From assembly GCA_001792535.1 (NCBI GenBank), contig MGGS01000018.1:3432-67431 (forward strand): a stretch of DNA of 64,000 nt. The letters are read 5' to 3'. The DNA comes from Candidatus Woesebacteria bacterium RIFCSPHIGHO2_02_FULL_42_20 (GTDB lineage: Bacteria > Patescibacteriota > Microgenomatia > UBA8517). A model generated the notes under the pieces. The model did not search any database. It saw only the letters and a program-made list of their open reading frames with translations, and was not told the origin of the DNA. The stretch's first letter is position 1, and each line of letters starts with the position of its first letter. Of this stretch, positions 9,568-19,696 are shown one piece after another. The position numbers and the translations under genes were made by a program.

Positions 9568-10374
9568 ATGCTAATCGACAGGCTGCAACAGGAAATGAAA
9601 ATTGCCGGTTTTAGCCCCAGATCAATTAAATCATACTCCATCTGCGCTCAAAAAATATACAGCCATTTCCAAAAACCCCTTAACCAAATTTCAGAAGATG
9701 AATTCAAAAGTTTCCTGGCAAAACTTGCCAACAAAAACTATTCTCCATACACCCTAAATCTGTATCACGCAACTTTTAAATATATTATCCGGAATATTTA
9801 CAAAAAACCTCTTGATTTCCGTTTCCCTTATGCAAAACGCCCCAAAAAACTGCCCGTGGTTTTATCAAGAAAAGAGATCACCATACTGATCAGTTCCCTT
9901 AATAACTCGAAACATAAAACTTTAATCGCCTTGGCTTACGGCGCAGGTTTGAGAGTAAGCGAGGTTATAAACTTAAAAGTAAGAGATATTGATCTTGAAG
10001 AATTAACAATTCACCTGAAACAAAGTAAGGGGGCAAAAGACAGAATAACAATTATGCCTGTAAAAATAAAAACTGATATCCAAAATCTTATTACGGGGAA
10101 AAAAGCGGGTGACCTGGTATTTGAAAGCGAGCGTGGGGGAAAAATCACAACCAGAACCGCGCAAAAAGTTTTTTCAAATGCCCTTAAAAAAGTAGGTATT
10201 AAAAAACCGGCCACGTTCCATTCATTAAGACACAGTTTTGCCACACACTTACTGGAAAATGGGGTTGACGTCCGCTATGTACAGGAACTTCTGGGCCACG
10301 CCAATATCAGAACAACCCAAGTGTATACTAAAGTCACTAATCCAAAATTAAAAAATATAAAAAGTCCATTATGA
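9568..10374 (+). CDS. Tyrosine recombinase/integrase (integron-integrase-like, N-terminal SAM-like domain)
   Basis: Intact R-K-HxxR-H-Y set: GLRVSE, KGAKDR, HSLRHSFATHLLE, LLGH, VYT. Confidence 0.92.
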   Translation: MLIDRLQQEMKIAGFSPRSIKSYSICAQKIYSHFQKPLNQISEDEFKSFLAKLANKNYSPYTLNLYHATFKYIIRNIYKKPLDFRFPYAKRPKKLPVVLSRKEITILISSLNNSKHKTLIALAYGAGLRVSEVINLKVRDIDLEELTIHLKQSKGAKDRITIMPVKIKTDIQNLITGKKAGDLVFESERGGKITTRTAQKVFSNALKKVGIKKPATFHSLRHSFATHLLENGVDVRYVQELLGHANIRTTQVYTKVTNPKLKNIKSPL

Positions 10375-11042
10375 AAATCGAGGTCGTTACACTTTTTCCT
10401 AAAATGTTTGTGGGTCCTTTTGATGAAAGCATCATAAAAAGGGCTCGGGAAAAAGGACTGGTCGAAATAGTTATTCACGATATTCGCAAATGGGCAAAAG
10501 ACCGCCACAAGTCGGTAGACGACCGTCCATACGGCGGCGGTGTGGGCATGATACTCAAGGTCGAGCCGGTTTATGAAGCGCTAAAAGAACTGAAGTCAAA
10601 AAACTCTAAAATTATTTTACTTACCCCACAGGGCAAAACATTCAACCAAACTTTAGCCAGAAAATTGTCCAAATTTCAACACTTAATTCTCATTGCCGGT
10701 CATTACGAAGGCTATGATGAGCGGATCAGAAAACATCTCGTTGACGAAGAAATTTCCATCGGGGACTATGTTTTGACCGGCGGAGAACTTCCGGCAATGG
10801 TTCTCGTTGACGCTGTCGCACGTCTTGTCCCAAAAGTTTTGGTCAAGCCTGAAGCACTAAGACATGAAAGTTTTAATCAAAACCAAGGTTTAGACTATCC
10901 TCAGTTCACAAGACCTGAAAAATTCCAAGGCTGGAGGGTACCAAAAGTTTTACTTTCCGGAAATCACAAAGAAATTGAAAAATGGAGAAAAAAAGAGTCT
11001 TTTAAAACAACTAAAAAAAATCGGCCTGATTTAATTAAATAA
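10371..11042 (+). CDS. trmD: tRNA (guanine37-N1)-methyltransferase
   Basis: VDDRPYGGG, GHYEGYDER, SIGDYVLTGGE, VLLSGNH. Confidence 0.97.
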   Translation: MKIEVVTLFPKMFVGPFDESIIKRAREKGLVEIVIHDIRKWAKDRHKSVDDRPYGGGVGMILKVEPVYEALKELKSKNSKIILLTPQGKTFNQTLARKLSKFQHLILIAGHYEGYDERIRKHLVDEEISIGDYVLTGGELPAMVLVDAVARLVPKVLVKPEALRHESFNQNQGLDYPQFTRPEKFQGWRVPKVLLSGNHKEIEKWRKKESFKTTKKNRPDLIK

Positions 11043-11044
11043 AG

Positions 11045-12049
11045 TCATATCTGACCTGTTTTTCTGTATAAATTTTCTGCTTTTGCCTTCAAGGGCCTCC
11101 ACCACCAAGTGTTTTTCTTATACCAGTCAATAGTTTTGGAAAGCCATTTATCAAAATCGTATTTTGGCTGCCAACCTAGAGTCTTTAATTTTGTAGAATC
11201 TATGGCATACTTTCTATCGTGGCCGCTTCTGTCTTTAACAAATTTAATATACTTTTTATCCAAACCAAAAAAACCAACTATCAGTCGAGCCACATCATAA
11301 TTAGTTAACTCCTTACTGCTTCCACCCACTAAATAAGTCTCACCAATCTTACCTTTAGTAATTACCAAATCAATCGCACTACAATAATCTTCGACATAAA
11401 GCCAATTGCGGATATTATCACCTTTGCCATATAACTTAATTGGGGTATTTTCAATCAAATTTGTAATTGCACGCGGCATAAACTTTTCAGGGTCTTGACA
11501 AGGCCCGTAGTTATTGGCTCCATTGGTAATAGTTACAGGCAAGCCGAAAGTGTAGTGATATGCTCTAACCAAATGATCCGACGCAGCTTTACTCGCGGCG
11601 TAAGGACTGTGTGGATTATAAAGCGTGTCTTCTCTGAACTTATGTTTCGAATTTAAAGGCAAGTCACCAAACACTTCATCGGTTGAGACGTGATGAAATC
11701 TTTTTACTTTTACCCTTAAGGCTGCATCAAGTAAAACTTGCGTTCCCAGCACATTTGTTCTGGAAAAAATTGTCGGGTCTGTGATTGACCTGTCCACATG
11801 ACTTTCGGCAGCAAAATGGACAACAATATCCACGTTTTTCATGCATTTCGCGACAATCTCTGGATAGCAGATGTCACCTTTCACGAAAGAGTAATTTTTG
11901 TTTTCGTCGAAATCTATTGTTGAAGAAAGATGTCCAGCATAGGTCAATTTATCCAGATTTAGGACTTTATCACCGTGATATTTCTTTAGCCAATAGCAAA
12001 TAAAGTTACTGCCAATAAACCCGCATCCACCGGTTACGAGTAATCGCAT
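11045..12049 (-). CDS. rfbB: dTDP-glucose 4,6-dehydratase
   Basis: TGGCGFIGSN, HFAAESHVDRSI, STDEV, YAASKA. Confidence 0.95.
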   Translation of the reverse strand: MRLLVTGGCGFIGSNFICYWLKKYHGDKVLNLDKLTYAGHLSSTIDFDENKNYSFVKGDICYPEIVAKCMKNVDIVVHFAAESHVDRSITDPTIFSRTNVLGTQVLLDAALRVKVKRFHHVSTDEVFGDLPLNSKHKFREDTLYNPHSPYAASKAASDHLVRAYHYTFGLPVTITNGANNYGPCQDPEKFMPRAITNLIENTPIKLYGKGDNIRNWLYVEDYCSAIDLVITKGKIGETYLVGGSSKELTNYDVARLIVGFFGLDKKYIKFVKDRSGHDRKYAIDSTKLKTLGWQPKYDFDKWLSKTIDWYKKNTWWWRPLKAKAENLYRKTGQI

Positions 12050-12772
12050 TTATTCGTTCTTTTTCTTTGCCCAATACCAATTAGCCAAAAATAAAGTATC
12101 AAAGGTTCCTGCGTCATCCCAAAAACCCTTCAGTTCGGAATGTTTTAGGCTCCCCTCTTTTAGATATAAATTATTTACGTCGGTTATTTCTACCTCGCCA
12201 CGCCTGGAAGGCTTTACTTTATTAATCTTGTTAAAAACCGTGTTATCATATAAATAAAGTCCGGTTACTGCAAATTTCGATTTTGGCTTTTGCGGCTTTT
12301 CTTCGATCTTTAAAATCTCTCCTTTTGAGTCAAAAACCGGAACTCCAAACCTTTGCGGGTCAGGGACTTTTCTGAGAAATATGTGCGCACCGCCGGCAAA
12401 GCTATCGACATCTTTTTTAATTTTTACATCCGTACAGTTGTCACCCAAAATCACGCAAATACTATCTTTGTCGGCAAAGTCGCAAGCAAGTGACAATGCT
12501 TGCGCTATTCCACCCTCATCCTCCTGATAAACGTACTCCAAATGCTTAATTCCAAGCTCATTGCCATTTTTAAGTACCCTCAAAAAGTGTCCCGCGTACG
12601 GGCCTCCGATAACTAACAAAATTTCGTCAATCATCGCATCGACCAATGTTTTTAGTGGGTAAAAGACCATCGGCCGGTTGTAAACAGGAAGAAGATGTTT
12701 ATTTGTAACGTAAGTCAAGGGATAAAGCCTTGTACCAAGCCCTCCTGCCAAAACCACACCTTTCATAAACAT
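12050..12772 (-). CDS. rfbA: Glucose-1-phosphate thymidylyltransferase (short form)
   Basis: LAGGLGTRLYPLT, KHLLPVY, SRRGEVEITD, WDDAGT. Confidence 0.9.
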   Translation of the reverse strand: MFMKGVVLAGGLGTRLYPLTYVTNKHLLPVYNRPMVFYPLKTLVDAMIDEILLVIGGPYAGHFLRVLKNGNELGIKHLEYVYQEDEGGIAQALSLACDFADKDSICVILGDNCTDVKIKKDVDSFAGGAHIFLRKVPDPQRFGVPVFDSKGEILKIEEKPQKPKSKFAVTGLYLYDNTVFNKINKVKPSRRGEVEITDVNNLYLKEGSLKHSELKGFWDDAGTFDTLFLANWYWAKKKNE

Positions 12773-12851
12773 TCATATTGTAACATTAATTAACATAATT
12801 CTTCGATACAAACTTTGCTTTCAACAGCAAGACTGGAATATAATTCGAGAT

Positions 12852-13928
12852 ATGAAAAGGCCAGCAAAGGACTCAAAAGGATTACAAAAAATAACTTCCC
12901 TACAAGCATGGAGTGAACTTACAGAGAAATATTTTGGAAGAAAACTTAGAATAGAAGAAAGGAAAGATCGGGAACACATCTACAGGTTCCTCAGGGAAAT
13001 GGAACTCCCTTCCGAAAAATTCATCGCATTTCCCTCTGGAGATAAGTTGCAAAAAGATGAGTTTCTCAAGGCTATTGGCAATTTAGGTTTCCCATATTGG
13101 GTTAGTGCTACCCCAAAACTAGGAACGACCAACTTAAATAGACTTTCAAAATTAAGGCTTGAGTCCACACAAGAAGGTTGGAAATTTATACAATCTGTCC
13201 CCAGATTAAAAGATTACAAAATCATCGCCATGCAATACGCGGACAACCCGGAGTTTAAAGGAAGTGTAATCGTCTCAAAAAATTTAAACGGTGTAGCCGA
13301 TTTTGTAATTGGCGATAAGCATGTCCAACTAACATCGGGTTTAACCATAACCGATCCAATGCTTTTTGATTCACAACAAATTATTCACTATTCAAATATA
13401 ATCGGGAACGAATATCAAGATTTACTCTACTCTTATATTTCCACTCACCCAGGCCATTTCGAATTTCAGTACGGGACAATAGACAAAAGAAAAGGGTTAT
13501 CGTTTTTCGACTACAACGACGAGCTTGCTTATGAAGACATAGATAAAATATTCCAAGATTTAGTTACTTACCACGATCTCAACTTACCCCAAAACAATAA
13601 TAATTGTTTATTGACAGGTATTCCTGCCAGTCTGGGAAAAGTTCAAGGAAAATGTAAAATTGTAATGAGTACGGATATAGAAAACTATAGCAAAGTCCGA
13701 AACGGAGACATTTTGGTGTCGGAAGCAACAACTCCTGAAATGACTCCGCTCATGAAAAGAGTTTCAGCAATTGTTACTGACTTGGGAGGCGTCACTTCTC
13801 ATGCAGCTATTGTTTGTAGAGAGCTTAATATTCCTTGCATAGTCGGAACCAAAAAGGGAACTTCTGTCCTGACAGACAATATGGAAGTTGAAGTTGACGC
13901 ATATAAAGGAACTGTAAAAGCTACTTGA
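12852..13928 (+). CDS. PEP-utilising phosphohistidine (swivel) domain protein with unknown N-terminal region
   Basis: C-terminal GDILV..TTPE...AIVTDLGGVTSHAAIVCRELNIPCIVG. Confidence 0.8.
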   Translation: MKRPAKDSKGLQKITSLQAWSELTEKYFGRKLRIEERKDREHIYRFLREMELPSEKFIAFPSGDKLQKDEFLKAIGNLGFPYWVSATPKLGTTNLNRLSKLRLESTQEGWKFIQSVPRLKDYKIIAMQYADNPEFKGSVIVSKNLNGVADFVIGDKHVQLTSGLTITDPMLFDSQQIIHYSNIIGNEYQDLLYSYISTHPGHFEFQYGTIDKRKGLSFFDYNDELAYEDIDKIFQDLVTYHDLNLPQNNNNCLLTGIPASLGKVQGKCKIVMSTDIENYSKVRNGDILVSEATTPEMTPLMKRVSAIVTDLGGVTSHAAIVCRELNIPCIVGTKKGTSVLTDNMEVEVDAYKGTVKAT

Positions 13929-13932
13929 TTAT

Positions 13933-14430
13933 CTACGTGTGCTTGTCGGCAACAGAGGACGCTCCCCAGGAATCGGGTTTTGTCTTTGCTTTAAAGCCAT
14001 TGCCGTTAACCATTCCGACAACTTCTTTTATCATGTCTCTTGTTGGCCCCAAAGGCCCAACGTCGACATGGATTTCCAAGTCGTATTTTGCTGGCGTAAT
14101 TGCCCGCCGCAACTGCGGAACTAACTCCCTTGCAATGTTCAGCGAAAGCAAAGTCTCTGTATAGATTTTATCCCTGAGTACCGGTTTTTTATAAATAATT
14201 TTCTTTTGCCAGAAATATCTGCCGCCTCGCCCCGTCCTATGGATAACAATTGCCGATATAAAGCGAATTTCAGCTACACCATTAAGCTGTTTTACTTGAG
14301 AATCGGTACCAATTACCAGCCTGTAAAAGCTCCCGGGTTCGCTTTGCACAAATTTTTTAATTTCGGCAATCATCCGGTTTGAAGACAGTCTCCCCATTGA
14401 AGGATTAAAAAAGAAGTTATTTTCTTGCAT
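13933..14430 (-). CDS. RNase H-like YkuK (DUF458) family protein
   Basis: IGTDSQ, IVIHR.G.GGRYF, EIHVDVG..G.T, KPDSWGASSVADKH. Confidence 0.85.
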   Translation of the reverse strand: MQENNFFFNPSMGRLSSNRMIAEIKKFVQSEPGSFYRLVIGTDSQVKQLNGVAEIRFISAIVIHRTGRGGRYFWQKKIIYKKPVLRDKIYTETLLSLNIARELVPQLRRAITPAKYDLEIHVDVGPLGPTRDMIKEVVGMVNGNGFKAKTKPDSWGASSVADKHT

Positions 14431-14438
14431 TGCGGCAA

Positions 14439-14699
14439 TTATACCCGAAGAATAAGTGACAGGACAATCATAAGCCCCAAACTTGCTACAACCACGTATT
14501 CGATAACCACCTCGAGATACAAATCGCGGTGCGCGGAGTGATGCATTGCACCCCAAATAACATAGGCCGAAGCCACTGCAACCGAAATATAAATCTGAAA
14601 TATTCGATCATACGAAAAAACTATAAACCCAAGAGCGCCAGCCAGCAGAATTCCGATTAAGCCAAAATAATGCGGAAGATGTTTTGCAATTTTTTTCAC
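14439..14699 (-). CDS. Small membrane protein
   Basis: Three hydrophobic segments, YVIWG..HH, EY; coupled to neighbour. Confidence 0.7.
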   Translation of the reverse strand: MKKIAKHLPHYFGLIGILLAGALGFIVFSYDRIFQIYISVAVASAYVIWGAMHHSAHRDLYLEVVIEYVVVASLGLMIVLSLILRV

Positions 14700-15562
14700 A
14701 AAATTTGCCCCGACTTAATAATCAGCACAACCAAAAGTATCATAGTGAGAAACGACATGTGTGCAACGCCGCGACCTGAAACCCTAAAAATTTTTCGCCT
14801 GTAAACTATGATTTCATCGACTGCAAATACACCTAAAAGCAGGCCTAGCACTGCAGTAGACATACCCTTTGTCGTGTCAAGTGGTGACAAAAGCGGTCCC
14901 CCACTAATTCTTTGCGAAGTTTGGACAGAAGCTATCAGGGCTTCGGGTTTTGGTTGTGGCCTAGTCTCAACGTTGGCTGCCTGCGCCGTCTTGGCTACAG
15001 GCGCAGCAAACAGTTGAACGACTAAGGTTGTATCCACCCCTGCCAAATCCCCCTCGACAACTGCCACCCCGATTTCTTCGTACTTGGGAGACAGCAAATT
15101 TTCCTTGTGGGACTGGGACGCCATCCAAGCATCGACGACCGATGAAGGGTTTGAAAAGTCCCTTGCAAGGTTTTCTCCGGCAAATCGGTACGTATAACCG
15201 TTGTTTTTAAAAAAATCCCAAGGTGTAACCCCATTTGGCGAGACATGGGCCCAGTAGTTGTGTTCCAGCATATCAACCGCCTTGTCACGAGCCGCAGAGG
15301 CAAGAGCCGAGTTAAAACTCAAAGGACCTAGCCCCGCTTCAACCCTTTTTTCATTCGTAAGCCTAACCACTTCCTCCATGGGTATGCTTGAAGCGAAACC
15401 CAAAACTTTCGGAAAAACAGACGACACACTCGAAAGCGTCAACTGATAAACAAAAAGGCAGGCAATAATGGCCATTAGTATTGGAGAATGCAATAATCTT
15501 GCTTTGTGGTTATTTGAATTTCTGGGAATCAGAAAATGGGCAGCATACTCAATAAACTTCAT
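14696..15562 (-). CDS. Membrane-anchored CAP/SCP domain protein
   Basis: LTNEKR, YWAHVSP, GENLA, WMASQSHKENLL. Confidence 0.9.
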   Translation of the reverse strand: MKFIEYAAHFLIPRNSNNHKARLLHSPILMAIIACLFVYQLTLSSVSSVFPKVLGFASSIPMEEVVRLTNEKRVEAGLGPLSFNSALASAARDKAVDMLEHNYWAHVSPNGVTPWDFFKNNGYTYRFAGENLARDFSNPSSVVDAWMASQSHKENLLSPKYEEIGVAVVEGDLAGVDTTLVVQLFAAPVAKTAQAANVETRPQPKPEALIASVQTSQRISGGPLLSPLDTTKGMSTAVLGLLLGVFAVDEIIVYRRKIFRVSGRGVAHMSFLTMILLVVLIIKSGQIL

Positions 15563-15596
15563 TAATACATATTAATTCTGGTAAAATTAAAATGCA

Positions 15597-16865
15597 ATGA
15601 ACTTAATTACAAATTTCCTCAAAAGAATTCCAAAAAAACTGCATACACTTGCCGGGGTTCAACCCCAACCCAACACGCAACCAGCCGTACAACCCTGGGC
15701 TAAACCTAAAACAAAAATCCCAAAGATCTCAAAAAAAGCCTTAATTGTACTCGCAGTAGTAATACTAATTTTACTTCTGGTTAAGGCAGTAATTCCGTTT
15801 TTTGTACGTACAGTAGACCAAATCATTAATAAAGGCCAAGGTACCGCGCAAGCTTCGCCCACGCCTATTATATCCGAGCCAAAAGACGAGCCTGTGACTT
15901 TTTCGTGGGAAACTTACACAAATCAAAGGCTAAACTTTCAAGTCAGCGTACCAAGTAGTTGGGAACGAAAAGAATATGAACCTAAGAGTGCGACCACCAA
16001 TCAAGCCACTGTCGCATTCGACCCCAAGAAACTGCCGGACAAATACATTTTTGCCAGATCGTATTATGCGGTTATCGTAACTCCGGTTGGCGTCAAGGAA
16101 GAATTTAACAAACATAAAAATTTAATTGAAAGTATCGGTACTGACTCAATTACGGAAACTTTTCTGGACGGGATTCGGGGCGCCGATACGGGAAGCTTTA
16201 TTACGGTGGAACACAAAGGGTATATCTACGAACTCGTCTTAAAGTCGGTAAGAAGCGACGAGGGCAAGTTTGTTTATACCCAGATATCAAAAAGAGTAAT
16301 TTCATCATTTAAATTCCTCGACGAGCAAAACGCCCCCAACCAGCTGGGGGACATAAGAATCGATGACGGCAATGTAGTTGGAGTAGATCAAAATGGCAAA
16401 AAAACAGTTTTAATCAACAAGAGCAAATTTACAGGCGATGGGATAAAAAACTTCAGCGAAGTAAAAGTATCCCCTGACGGCTCTTTAATGTGTTTTATCG
16501 GAAACACAGACTCACCAGCTACTTTTCTTTATTACTCTGACGTTGGCGGCAAGACACCTTTCAGAATTACTGGCGGAAAAAATTGCGTCTGGTCACACGA
16601 CAGCGGGAAAATAGCTTTCAATAACGTTGTCAGCGATGTCTCACCTGTTGACGTCTTCATCTTTATTATTAATTCAAAGGACCTAAAAAACATCACTCGG
16701 ATTGTTGGTGGAGAATTCATCAGATTCTACGAAATTCCCGAATGGAGCCAGGATGATAATTTTATCGTCAGCAATTTCACAGCTTTTGACCCGAGTGGAA
16801 CTTTGCAAAGCTACACAGGCTCATCGGCAATTAATGCTACAACCGGAGAAGTAGTCGACAAATAA
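15597..16865 (+). CDS. Membrane-anchored exported protein (PsbP-like plus TolB-like propeller fragment)
   Basis: TM helix; WETYTN...VPSSW; SPDG/WSHDS/WSQDD repeats. Confidence 0.55.
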   Translation: MNLITNFLKRIPKKLHTLAGVQPQPNTQPAVQPWAKPKTKIPKISKKALIVLAVVILILLLVKAVIPFFVRTVDQIINKGQGTAQASPTPIISEPKDEPVTFSWETYTNQRLNFQVSVPSSWERKEYEPKSATTNQATVAFDPKKLPDKYIFARSYYAVIVTPVGVKEEFNKHKNLIESIGTDSITETFLDGIRGADTGSFITVEHKGYIYELVLKSVRSDEGKFVYTQISKRVISSFKFLDEQNAPNQLGDIRIDDGNVVGVDQNGKKTVLINKSKFTGDGIKNFSEVKVSPDGSLMCFIGNTDSPATFLYYSDVGGKTPFRITGGKNCVWSHDSGKIAFNNVVSDVSPVDVFIFIINSKDLKNITRIVGGEFIRFYEIPEWSQDDNFIVSNFTAFDPSGTLQSYTGSSAINATTGEVVDK

Positions 16866-16867
16866 CT

Positions 16868-18520
16868 TCAGTCGTACAACTTTTGCTTATAGTCTTCAAG
16901 GGTTTTACGAATGTCAAAGCGCTCTGAAAGCTCTATTGAATTTCGCATTTTTTTGACCCAGCCGATAGGCATACCTTCTTCACTTCTATTGTAAAACTGG
17001 GGCAGGACCTCTTTGTCAAGCAAAGTGTAAAAGCTTTCGGCCAAGTTAGCATCGTCCAATATCCACCCCGCATCACTTAAGTCGACTTCGGCCACCCAAC
17101 CATCCTTGGTGGTCAAATTAAGCACCCCATTAGCCAGCGCTTTCATGCCCGAAGTACCGCAGGCTTCCTGGCCCACAATGGGAGTGTTAAGCCAAACGTC
17201 CACACCGGCAACCATTTTGCGGGCAAGCTCAAGGTCATAGTTGGGAACAAAAATCGCGTTACCCGAAAGCTCACCCTTCATAAAGCCAATCACTTTTTTA
17301 ATTGCCTCAACAGCCGCAGCATCGCCCACATGGGCTTTTCCGGCAAGCAAAATCTGGACTTCGCGCCCTTCGCTTTTAATCAATCGTGAAAGTCGCAAGA
17401 CATCCTCAAATATCCCTTCAAACCTTTTATAATCGGCAATCCTCCTCGCCCAGCCGACAACCAGCCTTTTCGGGTTATATCCAAAACCGGTCCGTTCAAT
17501 TACCTCCCGAAGCAAGGTGTCTTTAAGTTTGATGTGGTTTAGCCATAAATCACTATCCCCTACGCTCTTATCTGCAAACTTATAATTCTGCCACGTACCC
17601 ATATGCACCCCGTTTGTGACATAGGACCAATTCCCCTTCCAGTAGTCAATACAAAAGTCAAAATGTAACTTACTCACCGCTGTTGCTTTCCTGCTACTTG
17701 CCAACGCATATCTCGTGATACCGAAGCCTGCCTGCGCAGACTGGCCCTTATTTTCAGGCTCCTTTCCTTCTTTAATTAGAAGCTGCAGATCAACATTAAT
17801 TCCCTGCGCGTACTTCTGGGCGTAACGTTCGACCAAATTCAAATCATAAACAAGATTACCCGACGGCATAAGCGTATGGTTTGTATAAACTATTTTCGTG
17901 CGGGCTTGGACCAGCGCTTTTTCAAAGCTCACTTTTTTCTCCCCGGCGATTTGCCTGGCAACTTCCCAAACGGCAAAACAAGGTCTACCTTCATTGAAGT
18001 GGTATACGGACGGTTTTATCCCAAGAGTTTTAAGCAGTTTTACACCACCCAGTCCCAGAATTAATTGCTGCCTTAGCTCGACATCCGCTCCGCAGCAATA
18101 GTCCGAGTCCAGCGCGTACCTCCATTCATCGCTATTCTCTTCAATATCGGTTGTCAAAAAGTAAACGGTTGTAACTTCCCCTAATCTCAGTTGATATGCC
18201 GCAACGAAAACTTTTTCACCTAAGTCAATCTCAACCATTACGGGTTTGCCACGCAAGGTTACTCTCCGCAGCGACATCGACGTTTCGGGATCAAATCCCG
18301 CATTTTCCTCAACCTGTAAACCATCTTGGGTAATTTTTTGGACAAAAAATATACCCTTATATATAAGGCCTATACCTATTAAAGGAAAGTTTTCCTCACT
18401 AGCAGCTTTTACCAAATCTCCCGCTAAGACACCAAGCCCACCAGCATAAGTAGGGATTTTAGCGTCAACGGCAAACTCCGCACAAAAATACGCTACCGGA
18501 AAGTCCTTTCGGGCAGTCAT
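16868..18520 (-). CDS. glgP: Alpha-glucan phosphorylase (compact form)
   Basis: YAGGLGVLAGD, HFNEG, TNGVH, EACGTSGMK (PLP lysine). Confidence 0.9.
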   Translation of the reverse strand: MTARKDFPVAYFCAEFAVDAKIPTYAGGLGVLAGDLVKAASEENFPLIGIGLIYKGIFFVQKITQDGLQVEENAGFDPETSMSLRRVTLRGKPVMVEIDLGEKVFVAAYQLRLGEVTTVYFLTTDIEENSDEWRYALDSDYCCGADVELRQQLILGLGGVKLLKTLGIKPSVYHFNEGRPCFAVWEVARQIAGEKKVSFEKALVQARTKIVYTNHTLMPSGNLVYDLNLVERYAQKYAQGINVDLQLLIKEGKEPENKGQSAQAGFGITRYALASSRKATAVSKLHFDFCIDYWKGNWSYVTNGVHMGTWQNYKFADKSVGDSDLWLNHIKLKDTLLREVIERTGFGYNPKRLVVGWARRIADYKRFEGIFEDVLRLSRLIKSEGREVQILLAGKAHVGDAAAVEAIKKVIGFMKGELSGNAIFVPNYDLELARKMVAGVDVWLNTPIVGQEACGTSGMKALANGVLNLTTKDGWVAEVDLSDAGWILDDANLAESFYTLLDKEVLPQFYNRSEEGMPIGWVKKMRNSIELSERFDIRKTLEDYKQKLYD

Positions 18521-18539
18521 ATTTTAATCGTATCAAAAA

Positions 18540-18905
18540 GTGTTACAATTAGCCAAAGTGCTCGAGATAATAAGAATTCCTCAGGGAAAAGTTTTTATAA
18601 AACAGACGAGTAGCCAGGTCAGCGAAGGACTGCTGCAACTTGACCCCGGCCAAGAAATTTCGGGCCACAACAGGCCAATTTTTGAAGAACTGGAACAACT
18701 TATGGGGGAGAGTCTAATTAAAATCTATGACGGTACAGCAGTTATTATGGAAAAACGCCTCAAGCCGGGCGATCGTTATACAATCCCCTGGAACAAAACA
18801 CACACTCATGCAAATGAAGGGTTGGAGCCATCGATTCTTAAATGGAGATTCCAAGGCGACGCCATAGACATCGTAAACCTAATCCGCATAAATTACGGCA
18901 GCTGA
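18540..18905 (+). CDS. Cupin domain protein
   Basis: GHNRPIFE and LKPGD..TIP...HTHAN. Confidence 0.7.
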   Translation: MLQLAKVLEIIRIPQGKVFIKQTSSQVSEGLLQLDPGQEISGHNRPIFEELEQLMGESLIKIYDGTAVIMEKRLKPGDRYTIPWNKTHTHANEGLEPSILKWRFQGDAIDIVNLIRINYGS

Positions 18906-18934
18906 TTACTATTACATCCGATTAAAATACACCG

Positions 18935-19696
18935 ATGCCTGAAGAAACTTCACTTGAATCCGCAGCAAACACTATAGAAACAATTAAGACAAGAAGTGTT
19001 TCTGAGAACGAGTATTTCCATGAAGCTCTAGATCCCTCTACTTTTGTAAAGATAAAACAGGGAGATTGGCAGGAACTCAACGCTGGCACACAAATTGTAA
19101 ATGAAGGTGCGGGACCATGCTTAATAATATATGTAATCAACAAACGTGACGGCACTGTAATTTCTGGCCATTTCCCCGACATGAACAAAGAAAGACAGGA
19201 CATGTTCCTTCAAGATAAAATTGCAAACCTTTAAAAAGCGTTAAGACAAAACGATGGTGCTAAGTTAAAAGTTCACCAGCCAAAAGAAATAAAGCCCGCC
19301 AGAGATCCACAATATCAAAGATATTTAGATTTGCTTGACAGGCTTAAAGAATTAAGCAAAAATCAAGCCGCGGGCCTGGAAGTTCATCTATTTGGTCAAA
19401 ATCTTTGGGTTACTCCCGGTGAAAAGCAAGCAATGGTTCAACAACTTACTGAGAATATTATCGACCAACACAATGTTAATATTGACCTAGAGAGAACGGG
19501 GATTCCCCCAATTAATATTCATGATCACCGAGAACTCGGTGAATCCGAAGGAGTAACTCACACTACATATCTCCCTGAAGATGGATCAATTCTTGTATAC
19601 ACAAGAGTAAAATCACCAACTTCCCCCCCCACCTCCGCCGAAGCCTCCTCCCCCACCTCCGCCGGAAAATCCCGACCCGCCCGACCAACTGCCTGA
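18935..19696 (+). pseudogene. CheD-like Cys/His deamidase-fold protein split by one in-frame TAA (19232-19234)
   Basis: Both track ORFs share a frame with open sequence between; GAGPCLIIYV...SGHF and LEVHLFG resemble CheD motifs. Confidence 0.55.

Noticed and set aside
9568-10374. Prophage or ICE integrase, or XerC/D
   Set aside because: No phage or conjugation genes or att duplication nearby; cassette-like junctions explain the context better. Xer identity is not formally excluded without a tree.
657-19696. Stop-codon reassignment suggested by two in-frame stops
   Set aside because: The two stops differ (TAG, TAA), and all three stop codons end conserved genes at expected positions.
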